Notes: generated by a model from the sequence alone, not told the origin. Shown: positions 23,384 to 37,500, counted from the stretch's first letter. The stretch: 64,000 nucleotides of DNA from Rotaria socialis (GCA_905331295.1 CAJNYD010000596.1:67345-131344); one strand, 5' to 3'. Numbers and translations: made by a program.

Positions 23384-26300
23384 CTATTCGATAGAAAATT
23401 GTTGTACTCGATTACTGAAAGAGTCTACAACGTACATATTGCCGTGTCGATCAAAATCTAAGCCCATGGGACTGTTTAACTGATTTTGCTGAAATCCGAC
23501 ACCGTGTCCGCCCACGACGACAGTACCCTGCTTTGCTCCATCTAGCCAACGCAATACTCGTCGATTTCCCGCATCTACTACATATAAAGTACCGGATGCA
23601 TCGACGAATAGTCCTCTAGGTGCTGACATTTTTGTCATGGCTGAATTACTAGCGACAACAATCCCTTCTTGTGCACCTTTACTCCATTTCATCACACGGT
23701 TGTTGAACTTGTCCGATACGTAGATATTCTGATTGGAATCGACGAACAGATAGGTCGGCCAGCTAAATTGATTCAAACCAAAACCTGCTCCATAGCCACC
23801 AGCAACAATAGTACCATTCGTGCTACCCATTCGATATTGTGTTACTTCAAAAGTTTCAGTGCTAGAGACATAAATATTTCTCTGTTGATCTATGGCTAAT
23901 CCAGAACAAAAGATTCCATCGAGAAGGATTTCACCTTGTGTTGTGCCACTTTGAAGGGACCATTGTAAGACTCGTCTATTTCCATAATCGCAGATAATGA
24001 GGCTATCTGTATCTTTATCAATCGAAACATCGATCGGATGATACAATTGATTTAACTGATTTCCAGGACCAAAACCACCAGCAACTATTAACCCGTTGCT
24101 ACCGCCTATATTCCATTGAACGATACGATGATTTCCGTAATCAGCGACAAATATCGTTTGATTGTCATCAACGGTAAGGCCGTCAGGCCACAGGAGTTGA
24201 TTGGCCCCACTGCCTCCAAAGATGCCTCCAGCAACGGTCACTGCATTTTGTACCCAGCGAGCATTCGTAGGAATAGTTGGGCTAGCTGTAGTAAAGGAAA
24301 GATGAAATACATTCATAGTTGTTGTCGAAAAAAAATAAATCTCTCGCAGGAAAGTGCCACAATAGTCACGTTGTCCTTCAATGGAACATTTTATAACACG
24401 TGACAGCATGATGATTTGCATGCCAGTGCGTTCAAGTTAAAATTAGAAGGGAACAGCGTTTTTACACTAGTCGTACATTTATTTGTAAATCTCTTTGAAA
24501 CGAATATGCGACTATACAATATGATCTTTACAAAAATAAGAAAGTGATAACTTTTTCGATCGTATACTTTCTTATTATGCGTTACTACTTTATTCGTATT
24601 TTTATAATAACATTAATTGGCTTCGTATCAGCCCTAGTGGATTAATAAGCTCTATATTAAAAATAAATAAATATAAACTTGATTATTCAGGATCTTTCAA
24701 AATAATTTATTTTTTCTTCCTAGTATGATTATTTCATCTATTTTATATTACGACGTTTTATCAAAGGTAACTGACGTCATCAAACGACACAATATTATGC
24801 AGCAGGTAATGATGTAAACAAACAGCATTATTTTTCTTGCGTCTTAGCTTTCCTTTCATCATTCATCGACACTCGAAAGCATGAAGTAAAACATTTAAAA
24901 AATAAAACCTTGCCCATCCTTACCATTTTGTTTGTTTCTCTATCAATACATAAAGTAAAAGGAAAGCGAAAATATAAAATCGTACATTATTTTGTGCGCT
25001 TAAATCTCATATGTATAACATTGTTCAGTCGCATGATGCCACCTGTTCTTGACTAACCGTCGCAATAAGAAATGAAGAGAAAATATGCGACTTGTATAGT
25101 TTCACATCTGCAAGTGATCAAGCTTAAAGAATTATTTCATGTAAGAATTCACACTTTTTCAGTGTGGAAACATGAACAAACAGAAAGTTAAGCTAACTAA
25201 TAAAATCTTGTATAAACGCATCATCAGCACATTTTCATTAAAGCACACAACGCATTCGAGATTAAAAAAAGCTGACAGTTGCATCTTAGCCTGAAATTAC
25301 ACCAGTGTTAGTGAATTCAAAGACACCGAGACAATATACTTATCGTACAGTGTTATTATCATCGATTTTACTTACATGTTGTTATACTAGGTGAAGTCGG
25401 TGTCGTTGAATAATTATTACTGATGGGAACTATGTAGACATAATTTGAGCCAACTATGTTAATTGAAAATATTGCTTCTGTGAGTATGTTACGGGTTGTA
25501 ACAATTAAAATATATGGCATATAACTTTGTAGGCTAACGAAAAAGTTTGAATGAAATACATCGATGCCATTATCGTTCAATGTAATTCGATTTGACCATG
25601 GATCAGATGGCGTGAAACGAATGACATAAAGATATGTGAATATGGCTGCACTGCTTTGAATCGAAACATTGTAAGAGCCATCTGTTGAAGTATTAAGTAG
25701 GAAAGCTCCATAGTAGTGATCTGGCGAGGAACAATCTAAGCAATTGTAGGTTGGCCTGTTTGAAGTTAATTGCGATGAATATGACGACTGAACAGCTGGT
25801 AACAAAGGTATGTGTTAAAAATGAAAATTTTAGCAGATGCAAAATTTATGGATAAGTGACAAACCACTTAGGTTATCCATCATTTTTGCATGGACAATTT
25901 CATTAAGTTTCAGTTGAAACGATTTCTTTGTATATTATTTTTTCTCTTGAATGCATAAGACTACAGTTCCTTCTTTTCTTTCATCGACTATTAAATTTCA
26001 TTACAAGAACAATATTATTATTAAGATTCGATTTCATTTTTCAGATATGAAAGCATGCAGTACTCTATCTCGCACAGAAATCAGCGAAGTCAAGAAATGC
26101 GAAAAATAACATACTCGTTCGGGTCATAGCAGTTCCCGATTGACTTTTCACCGCTACTGATAAGACCGGTCCAATTGCCATGAAACCCAAACAAATTATG
26201 AACAGCCCTATGAGGAAACCTATATAGATACAACGAGTTCTTTTTTTCACTTGAGTAAGATTTTGATTGGACACCTCCAGATCAGCTGGATGTGAATGTT

Positions 26301-26598
26301 CAGTGTCATTCACAGAAATAACTGAGATGATGGTTGAATTATCTTGTTTAATTTGAGATACTGTCGATGTTCGCCGTTGAGAAGCTAGCTGTTTCAAATA
26401 CTCGTCGGATTGTAAATCAGCAACATTGAGTGGTTCTCGAGTCAAGGGACTCGTACCATGTGTCTCAATCCATTTAACAATAGCTGCACGTTCATAGGCA
26501 TGACCATCTGCAGCTATGACTGGATCACGAAAGAATTGAAGTGTGATTGGACATGTCAAAGTTTCTAAATCTTCGTTTGTTTTTGTTTTACTATCCAT
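23384..26598 (-). CDS. U-box / TM / beta-sandwich / NHL beta-propeller protein, 3 exons (26115-26598, 25376-25795, 23384-24285), 601 aa
   Basis: U-box: LTCPITLQFFRDPVIAADGHAYERAAIVKWIETHGTSPLTREPL. TM: CIYIGFLIGLFIICLGFMAIGPVLSVAV. Two phase-1 GT-AG introns join the ORFs without stops (484+420+902=1806 nt). About six NHL repeats, e.g. PDGLTVDDNQTIFVADYGNHRI. Confidence 0.8.
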
Positions 26599-29299
26599 AT
26601 TAGTTGGTGAATACTCTTATATCGATATCATGTTTTTCTGAATTGAATAATATTTATTGCGCTGTCATTTAACATGATCACTGATCAGGAACAAAACTGA
26701 AGAGGAGAACAGAAAGCAAAAACGAAGCATATATCGATGCATTTTTTTCCGTCGATCTGTGCTGAAGCAAATGTAATGTACACGTATGTGTCACAAAATC
26801 ATCAATAGATTGGTCAGCCGAGTGATGCATTTTTTTCCATACCAACTACACTGATTAATACGTTGTTGCAAAAATAAACTTTAAGGTTAATGTACAGTAT
26901 TGGATCGACAACAATGATTGGACGGTAAAAATTTGTATCGACAGATACGTTTTATGTTTTCGACTAAAAGCAGTTGGTTCGTTTATGGTAGGTAGAAGGT
27001 ATAATTATGTGAAGTGAAATCAGTAAAGTTTCCTTCGCATGCGCATACACTTCTTGAGCCAAAGAATGTTATGAATAAATCTTGAGAGTTGCACAGGTCA
27101 AGTACACGATAAAAAATATTTGCCTAGGAAAGATAACTTAGCTCTTTCTTAGCAAAGACAAAGTTTACAACGAATTAAACTTTTGGTAATTCGGCTAACT
27201 TTGCCGTTCATCCATCCGTGCAAGAAAATTGATTGCGATGAAGCATAAGAAACAATCTTTTAAAAATACTTAATCATGAATATTATCGATATTCAAGGTT
27301 CATTGATTCATTCGAATAAAAAAATCAAGAGTTTTGATTCATCTTCAATCATCATCGTGTATACAATTATTTTGCGCAAAGAAAACTAAATGAAACGCTT
27401 ATTTCTCACAAATCATACATTTATTATCTCAATAATTTGTATTTAATGAAATATTTTCACATACAACTGAAAATAACTTTTATTATGGTTTTCACCGAGA
27501 GAGACTGTTTTGTGTTTTTATTGGCGATTGATGTATATGTACTAAATAAATACTATTGAAAATATATTCTTCTATAATCGATTAATAAAATATCGAAACT
27601 GTAATTTTCAAAATATGTTTTCCGTTAGAATTTTATTCCAAATTGAATTTTACTAAAAAATCTCATATAGAACTCGAACGATTGAGAATTCAATGCTAGA
27701 GACAACTATCGATTAAGTTGTGAAATTATTTTTGAAATAATATATTCTAGAAGATAAATAAAAATTTTCTTGAATATTTTATGTTTTCATACGTTTAAGC
27801 TAGCCACACTATAAAGGACATAACTAAATGTTATAAAAACTCGACAATATTAAAGGAAATTTTTTCCATAAACAAAATATTAGTAATGAAATCTAAACAA
27901 CTTATGATTGAGTGTTTACGATAGTTTTATAAAGAAGCTAACCGAAACTGAAGAAAACATTTATGACGCTGTTTTCGCTCAAGAAACCCGTCAATTACAA
28001 GTCAAAATGTAAATACACGACATTATTAGCTCTATAATCCTGTATATTCAACAAATTTCTCAACATATGCTGCTTGAGGCTAGCCAATAATTAATTTGTT
28101 CTTTGTTGTCAAAAAATGAGCTCATTATAAACAATAAATGAGCCCAGACGATGTATTTTTATTTTGATGTGATTATAAAAAAATTAGTCATAAGAAGGAC
28201 AGCTTCAAAATGTGACGCCATCGTTTGAATGAAAACCAGTACAGACTCAAAAAGAATTGATGTTTAATAATTTTTCTTTCTGATAACAACACTATAAATC
28301 CAGCATTGCCACTTCTCACTAACTCGCGTGCATTCTGTATCATATCAGTAGACTTGACAATTATTGATTGATTTTGATGAAATCATTGTTGTCTACTATT
28401 TTTTCTTGTGAACTTAAAGTTAAGAATCAGCAACAAGTATTGATAATGATATTTTATTAATAAAAATGATTTAATATCAAAATTACATCGCCCATTGAAG
28501 AAAAAAATGCTCGTCATTAATAGTGAAAAAATAGCAACATCAGTTTATACATGATTCTATCGATCATTAATATTCTTTTACAGTTTTTCTTACTCTTTGT
28601 TGTTTTTGTTGATGATCATTAGATATCCTTGTGAAAGTTTATCATTTACAGAATAAAGCAATAAAACGAATATGTAGTGTTTTGCCAATCTCACAAGTTA
28701 TGTTCATTAGAGTTTAAAAGGTTTTGGTTGAAACGATAGATTCTATCAAATAATGATTACAGCAACCGTGTCTACATAATAATAAATGAAACCAATAAGA
28801 GCTCAATCAAACTCTTTTAAAGCACTCGGTATTAAATTACTAATTGAAATCTTGGTTTCTGAGAGGATCTATTTTTAAAGACTTCGATTAATAACTATTG
28901 TTGCTATATCAATCTAAAAAATAGAACCCAACGAAAGATACTGAGGTGGTATAGTTGAGTAGGAAAAGTAAAAATAGATTGTTATCCAAGTATTGAGACT
29001 AAGCAAAATCAAGCGACATAACTGCGGCTTATATTTTTCGTCATGCATGCATTGTTCTACCGATATTCAATCAAAAAGAAAAGAGCTCAAGGCAATATGG
29101 GAGCACGGTAATCATTATTGTAAATCAGGATCTGAGAGAAAATTTATATTTCATACGTAGGTTTTGGATCATATTTATTGCTCATTGGTATCGTGTTTTC
29201 ATTGCTAACATCGATATTGACATTGAAAATAAAATTGTGACAACTCATTATGTTCTATAGTTCTTGTTTGTTTTTTTGTTTATTTTCACTTGGTGTAAA

Positions 29300-29475
29300 T
29301 ACAATGGGAGGAGCGAGGCTCCCATACTCCTGAAGTAGAGTGGGAATATAGGTGGAATACAGTAAGAGAAGAGTGCGAGTACAATGAAGTACAGATGGAG
29401 TAGATCTCTTCTGTACTTTTCCACCTGTACTCCTACTCTTCTCCAAGAGTACGGGAGTCTCGCTTTTTTCGTAAA
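29300..29475. mobile_element. MITE-like hairpin
   Basis: agcgaggctcccatactcctg versus caagagtacgggagtctcgct inverted pair, with internal GAGTA-type repeats. Confidence 0.6.
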
Positions 29476-30733
29476 TTCTATTTGAATCAGGCGTCGTTTG
29501 ATGAATAGTGATAATAATCTAATGTTATATGAAGATATGCGACCGCTAGTCGTATTACATTCGATATCTTTCATTTTTGTTGAGATTTTAATTTCAGATA
29601 GAATTTTTATAATTTCACGCATTATAGTTTTAAATTGAATTACATCATATCGAATCTGCATTATGCCACAAAGCATTTGACAACACGTAGGTCTCTGCCC
29701 AGCATGGAGAATGTGGCGAGATGAAAAAAAAGTCAACCACGTTGGTTGGCGTTAAACCAAGCGCAACTATATGACATCATGATTTCTTTTCTATTAAAAT
29801 CATCGGGTATAATGCAAAATATGTGTGTGCCTCACAAAATCATTTTTATCCTCGTAAATATCGAATAAATGAGGAAGGGGAATGAATCATTTATCCGTGG
29901 CTGATATCGTGTATCATTATTATTTATTATCATCAATGTTAAGCTTTCTTTCACTGACATCAGATGTTCATCAATGAGCTGCTATTACCTAAGGATAATT
30001 GAGATTTGTTAATGTTGATAAAATGAATATCGAACATCAATTTGAGATGGAACAAATGTGTTTTAACTGACTAGATGAGAGTTGTTTTTTTCAAAATAGC
30101 ATAAAATAATATGGATACAAATTGATTCTAAAACTCTAATCATACTGAATGGTATCGAATAAAAGTCAGGGTTTGCTTCAACTCGATTTCGGCTATTAAA
30201 ATCAGTTATACTTCCCCTTGGATTTTGTTGAAACTAGAATATGAACTTTGCCCAGAATCTTGTGAAAGAAGAAAATTCTAGACCAATCATTTCTTTATCT
30301 AAATTAATGAATGAAAGGACCGATCCGAAGATTACTTCAAAATATGGTAGAAGCGAAAACAATATTCGTCGCAAAAATAAACAATGAAGAAAATAAACGA
30401 TTTTTTTAGCAATATTTATTAAGCGATGTTTCACATTAGTAATAATCGAATGTTTCAGTCGATTTCGATTTACATCGAAATTGATTTAATTTAGTTTTTC
30501 TGCCTCGTTTAATGCATACGACTTTTGCAAAGAGAAAAGTACCTAAAGAAAAAACAAATCAAAGCAAAATGAAGTGTGACGAAACTTAGTAATCAATCGT
30601 TTTGTATGAGTCAAATTTGTTTATACTGATACAAGCATGATATTCGAGTTTGCTAATGATGTACTTTATTCAGTTCCTATATTCTTAGTCAAATACGGTA
30701 GTACATGTCATACGATAAGACAAAATGATTACC

Positions 30734-31870
30734 CAAGGGGGAAAAGCGGCTCCTGATGGCTCCTGATGGATTCTAGAATCCACCAGGAGCCGTAGATTCC
30801 ACCAGAATCCACCAGAATCCACCAGGATCCATTTTGATTAGTGAATTTATATCAATATTTTAAAAAATTTTCAGTTGCTAAAGAAAACAACGAGACTCAT
30901 ATATGTCGGATCTATATGACTTTGATCGAGTTTTGAAAAAAGTTACGAAAGTGACCATGCATTTTGTTTACAGATCTAAATGGTCTATCTGTCGTTTCTT
31001 GAATCTAAATGCTTAGAAAAAAACTTACAGATTTTATTGTACACAGAAAGAGAAGAGCTGAAGGATTCATTGTTCATATTATTCTATGACTGAGAATGTG
31101 TTACAATAGTCCTGAAAAAGATATTTAGCCTTTTTGTAATATAGACAATATTGTTGGAAAAATAATATTATTTTGTTTCTACCGGTGACTTTGTCTGTGT
31201 ATTGATTAATTCTTCATGTTAAATTGCAAAGTTCTAACAAGTACATAAATATGACTGGGTTTACAACGATCGGTTCAAATATATGAACTGACAGCTATGA
31301 ACAAGTTTTGTTTCAAATATAGTAGGGAGTGCTAGCTATTGCAAAAAGTGAAAAAATACATGGATTATTGCTACTTACTACATAGTTAATAAATTCATCA
31401 CTCTATCCCATATTCTTATGAAAAAAGATTCAAATTTCATGTTTTCATGTGATTTACAAGTTATATTTTTAACCTTTCCCTTGACAGCTAAAAGAGTTGT
31501 TGGATAACCTTTTACAGGATGTTAATGATTACGAAACTTTATGTTGCGAAGACGAATATCATGCTAAGAAGCTACAATAGAAAACCTTAAAAAGCAGCTT
31601 TGTCTAACTGGATAAGCCATCATTTTCGACTAAAAAAAAGCAAGCGACAGCGATAAGGAGTAGATACTGATCTTCACATATCTTCAAATATCCACTAAGA
31701 CCATAGGAATCCACTGGAATCCAGCAGGATCCAGTAGAATCCAGTAGAATCCAGTAGAATCCAGTAGGATCCACAGAATCCGCCAGAATCTACTAGGATC
31801 CATAGAATCCGCCAGGATCCATGAGGAGCCGCGAGAATCCAAGGAGCCAGGAGCCGCTTTTCCTCCCTTG
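30734..31870. mobile_element. Non-autonomous hAT-type transposon, 1137 bp
   Basis: TIR caagggggaaaagcggctcctg / caggagccgcttttcctcccttg. Perfect 8-bp TSD tgattacc at 30726-30733 and 31871-31878. ~10-bp subterminal repeats (ccagtagaat / ccaccagaat) at both ends. No transposase ORF. Confidence 0.92.
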
Positions 31871-31936
31871 TGATTACCACATTCATGATTTATCTTCTTA
31901 TAAGTCAAACTTCCGAATTCAATGCTTTTTGTTTTC

Positions 31937-31944
31937 TATATAAA
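31937..31944 (+). promoter_or_regulatory. Candidate TATA box of the haloperoxidase-like gene
   Basis: TATATAAA about 50 bp upstream of the presumed start. Weak evidence given the AT-rich background. Confidence 0.3.
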
Positions 31945-31990
31945 TACTAAGAAACGAATGTAATTTTATCACAAATACTTCGAAGAAGCC

Positions 31991-33431
31991 AATAGGCAAT
32001 ACAAACTGATCATCGTTCTGGTATGTTTCGTTACAAGCACTATTTGTGCTACTATCGACAGCACTCTAACAAATCAAGCAAAGGCTTTGCTTGATCAATT
32101 AAATTCGCAACAAATGGACGTTATTCTGTTCTGGAATGCTGTATTAATAAGAGCTGGCGCGAATGATTATGATACTTCAATTGTTGCCACTCCCGATCAA
32201 GCAGGGCCAACAACAACATCACGTGCCTTCGCAATCATTCATGGGGCGATGTATGAAGCTATGAATGCTTTCGAGCAAACCTAAAAGGCGCTATTCAAGT
32301 TCATTAACATGCCCAAGACAAACGATGTTTTGTTTAATCCTGCTATTCAAGCAGCTGTTACTCAAGCTGCATATCAAACTCTGATATCGCTATATCCAGC
32401 ACAAAAAGTGCTATTCGATAAAGCCCAAAGTGGCTTTTTGAATACTCTCAGGAAAGATTTACTAGCACAACTTGCAACTTCAGAGGTACTGCTGTGGGAT
32501 ATCTTGTTGCTTCCACGATTTTATCAAATCGAAGCTTGGACCATAGCCAGGATAAAATTACCTATACACCAATCATGGAACCAGGCTATCACCAACCAGA
32601 TCCAACTCATCCCAACCAATCATTTCTTTCTCCTCAGTAGGGTAATGTTAAGCCTTTTATCATTCAATTTGGATCACAATTTCGTGCATCGAATACTGTT
32701 GGTGAGAATGCGGCGGGGCGTCTTCAATATATCAATTCACCAAACTATATCAACGATTACAACGAAATTCTTCGATTGGGATCTCTCAATAGTACCGACC
32801 GAACAGCTGATCAAACCGAGATTGGCATTTTTGCGGTTATGAGGGTGCGCCTAAAATTGGTGTGCCACCTAGACTCTTCAATCAAATAGTTCGTGTCATT
32901 GCTATCCAAAGAAAGAATACAGTGCAACAAAATGCACGCCTATTCGCTTTAGTGAATTATGCTATGGCCGATGCAGCTATTGCCGCTTGGGACAGTAAAT
33001 ATTACTATGGATTTTGGAGACCTATTGTCGCTATAAGACGGGGTACACGCAGTACTCGTAGTATTCCAAACTGGTTGCCACTTGGAGCTGCATCAGATGG
33101 ATCAGGTACTAACTTTACACCAGCATTTCCAAGTTATGTTTCTGGACACGCAACATTCGGTGGTGCAGTTTTTGGCATACTCCGATTATTTTACGGTACT
33201 GATACTATGCAATTTCAGTTGCAAGCTGATGAATACAATGGAATTACCAAGGATTCGATCACCAATCAAATACGACCAGTACGAGCACGATATTATCAAT
33301 CATTTACACAAGATGAAGACGAAAATTTTCTTGGTAGAATTTATGTGGGTGTTCATTGGCGTACTGATCAAGATGCAGGCAGAACAATGGGGCAACAGAT
33401 AGCTTCATACATCTTTACACAAAACGATTAA
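31991..33431 (+). pseudogene. Vanadium-dependent haloperoxidase (PAP2 superfamily)-like gene; intronless, signal-peptide-like N-terminus, disrupted
   Basis: Active-site motifs KYYYGFWRP, PSYVSGH and GRIYVGVHWRTD. Also FWNAVLI...GPTTTSRAFAIIHGAMYEA and RTADQTEIGIF. No in-frame ATG before the hydrophobic leader, stops at 32282-32284 and 32638-32640, frameshifts near 32480 and 32830. Confidence 0.88.
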
Positions 33432-34592
33432 AGAATGTTCCTCCACAAAAACATTTTCCTATCAATTCAAAATAATAAAATACAATGTGTGCAACTAATA
33501 ACCATTCTAGAGCTTTTCTTTCCATTTTCGTGTGCTACTTAGATTGAAGTCTTATATCGTACTCTTTATCTTCATTTGTGTTTGTATTTTCTCATTCTTT
33601 CTAATATATTCAAGATTTTATATTCCATGTTTTCAAATTGTATTTTAAACATTCTATTTTAAATTTTCTCAAATAAACCTGATTCGAAATTATTATCACT
33701 ATTAGCTTAGTTAATGGTATTCGTGAAGTTTAACTAGATATTTTCATGGTTAACCATCCGTCTCAATAATGACGACCATACATAATTCTGTAGATGAACT
33801 ATAGAGAAACGAATTACTTTACAGAACGAAAAAAGAAATCGTGCATATATGTGTACATGTGCAGGTGTATTGCATCACTTTTGCTTGCTTACCTATTTCT
33901 AGATTAATTTCTTTACATTTGTGCTTTAAGATTATTTTTATTTGTAGTTGAAATAAAAATTATTGGGTTTATTTAAAATAACTGTTAACGTGAAGTACAA
34001 ATGTTAATAAAACAAAGAATCGAATATTTTAATGGCATCAGTTATCTTATGATTTTAGCAAAACTGCTGTATCATGATCACTTGTTCAAGCAGAATCAAT
34101 TTATGATCGACTTACATTATAAAACACTCTTATGATATACATGCTATCGAATGAAATCAGTAAAACATGTGATTATCTCATCACTCGTTCGAAAGTAGAA
34201 TGGAGTGAAATGCATCAAAATGATTTTGTGATTTACCCTGGTAAATATATACAGAAATAAGAAGATAATCACTATCACGATTATTACAATTGTCAATGAA
34301 GACACTAAGTTCGAACTTAGACATAATGATGGATTATGCATGATACACATGTCTCTTCTGTAGAAATTGATCTATGACTTGAGCAGTCCTATATCTTATT
34401 AGTCTGTTTTTCTCGTAGTAGTAATACTTCAGATGACTGTTTATGGTTCAGCATCCTATTTATTTTATAAAAACAGATGAAAAATATGATATATAGAACA
34501 TAAGGCAATAGCATTTATTTAGTTTAATGAGACAAGGCACACTGTTTCAAAATGAAACTAAAAAACAAAAAACAAAAACAGAATAAAATCTT

Positions 34593-37500
34593 TCAAATAC
34601 TGTATTCTCTTGATGTAGTACTAGCTGTTGATGATGATGAAATTGATGACTGATTCGGAAGTGATGGCGGGGTATCAATTGAGTCATAAGTTAAATATGT
34701 TGACTGTAAATTAATAATGGGTCGTCGAGTGAATGATTGAAGAGTCTTTTTTAAATTAGAATTATTCGATGATGATGATAATGGCGAATGAAATGTTGTT
34801 AGATGATGTGCTTGCTGTGAAAAGCTTACATTCGTATGCGTAATCGATTGTTGTGTATCTACATTTTCTAATTTATTATCATATATTGAGTGTTGCCGTG
34901 GAACTGGAATAGCATAATCAACACTAGTTGAGCTAAGACTTGATGAACGATGTTGAGGCGTAAGAAGAGGTCTCGTAACACCATGTCCGCTGGAACTTGA
35001 TCTTGATAAATCATTACTTCCATAGCAACTATCTTCTGAACTGACTGCACTGCCCGAGGCTTTGATATCATCATAGGGTTCAATATGATGATGTTCATTC
35101 AATTTCTAAAACATTGATAGAAACAGAAAAGACTAAGATTATGCAATATAATAAATATGAAGCCATGCATAAACATGTGCCGGTTATGCTCGTCTTATTT
35201 GCTGCCATTTCCCTTCGGATCATTTCAAGTTAATTGGCTTCGATGTGTGGAAGATGCACTCACACATCAACTTGCTTCACGACTAATTTCCGCTATGTAG
35301 TGTTAAGAGAAAAGGGGAAAATTAATTGCTCTAAAGTATTTCTTTAACACGCACATTGCGCAATCAAATTTTCACTCTATCCCTATAAGTAATATTTTAA
35401 AAGGTGTAACGAGAAAACACATCAAGTTTATTCTCAAGCGTTATTTCTCTCGTAGATGATTTTTGAATAATTTCAAAACAGTTATCGGTTTAAACGATCT
35501 GTTTAATTAGAGAAAAGGAAAATGAAGGTTAGCAAAACTAATGTTCATATATGTGAAAATGTTTTCAAGGCAAACAAAGACACGAAGATTAGAACAGAAC
35601 ACGAAGACCTTGGCGATAAATTAGAAGACACGATAAAAAAAAGAAAACTTCTATGTCAGCTTACTTTGCTTGTTGATGAGAAAGTATTTATATTATTTGT
35701 CGCAAGAAGTTTGTCAGCATCTGTTGATTGAAGTAATTCACACTGCGCTTTTAATGATGATCGATGACTAATATGATACTGTTTTCGTTTACAAAACACA
35801 GCACATACAATGCCCATTGTAATACTGATTACTAATGTAAATATCGATGAAACAATAATAATTATAAAAATCATTTCATTTGTTAGGATATTCTCATCGC
35901 CAATTGACTGTTTTGTTTCTACGATTTCATCTGAATAATATAACTTCTCTGCATACTCTCCAAGTTTAATATTTATAATTACTGTTGAACATTTTTCAAT
36001 TTTATCGCCTTGATCACATACTTTTATTGTTAAACGATGATATCCCTGTGGTAAATTATTTATATCTGAAATTATTGTTCCATTATATAGATTTAATTGA
36101 AAATATCCATTGTCATTTCCATCGATAATTTTATATGTTAAATTTCCATTTTTCCCTGAATCATGATCATTTGCAATTATGTTTGTAATAACGATTGTTG
36201 TTGAGACATTGCTTTCTAATAATTTACTTGGAATATAAACAGATGATGGCGTATCAATAATTGGAGCATTATCGTTTACATCAATCAATTGAATAGTTAC
36301 TGACACACGATCAGAATGAAGATCATCATTGTCTTTAGCTGTAATATAGAAACGATGAATTGAATGAATTTCATAATCGAGTAATATTTTTGTACGTAAT
36401 TCACCCGTTGAAAAATCTACATAGAACGCATTTTGATCATCGATAGATGTTAATTCATAATTCATAATTGAATTTAAATCCAAATCAATAGCTTTAACTT
36501 GACCAACAAATGTTCCTATAGGAACACTTTCAAATAATTTAAATGAATAGAATTCTTTTTCAAATTTTGGTTTATTGTCATTCAAATTATTTATATGAAT
36601 AGTTAATGTTTGTAAGGTTTCTAATCGTTTAGGATTAATACCGTGATCGGATATATTTAATATTAGATGATACAGATTTTTTAATTCATAATCGAATGAA
36701 ATATTTTTAACCGATAATATTCCGGTTTGAGAATCAATATGAAAAAATTGAGAATCATTCGAAACTACCAGGGAATATGAAATAAGACTATTCGATGTAT
36801 TTACAGCGTCACAATCTCGTGCATGAAATTGAATAAGTTGAATATTTGAAGGATTATTTTCATTGATATTAATCGGTGTTGGGTATGCATCGAGTATTGG
36901 TGAACAATCATTAATATCGATTAAACGAATAGTTAGATGTTTTTCAGTTGTTAACGTTTGTTCTGTTCCTTGATCTTTTGCTTCGAAAATTAAATTATAT
37001 TCTTCTTGTTGTTCTCTATCAAGTCTACCGATAATAATTAAATTATATAGATCATTATATTGTTCATTTAATTGAAATAAATTTTGATGTGTCAATAATT
37101 TTAATATAATTTTATTATTGACTGAATCTTTATCACTCACACTTAAATGAAATAAGCGTGTATTAATTTCTTGTTCTTCATCGACATAAAAAATATTTTT
37201 CTGCGAATGATTATCTGGTAGAATAAAATCAATTTCAGGTGGACAATCATTTACATCAAGTATGTCAATTTCAACTTGAGAATAAACACAAACTGCATCA
37301 GGTCCATTATCACAAGCGCGAACACTAAAGCGATAGTTCATTTCATATTCGTAATCTAATAATTGAATTAATTCAATAATTCCAGTTGTAACATTAATTC
37401 GAAATGGAAAAGATGACGATGGATTATCCGTCATAATTGTATAATTAATTAATGCATTTAAACCTTCATCCTCATCATACGCATGTACATGAATAATTTC

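Noticed and set aside
24286..24421. N-terminal extension of the 345-aa NHL ORF
   Set aside because: Better explained as intron sequence upstream of the acceptor at 24286-24287.
27887..28008. Exon-like fragment MKSKQLMIECLR*FYKE
   Set aside because: Too short and disrupted to assign.
31684..31908. ORFs with WILLD/STGFY-like repeats, and a CRISPR-like appearance
   Set aside because: These are translations of the hAT element's 10-bp subterminal tandem repeats. There are no unique spacers and no cas genes.
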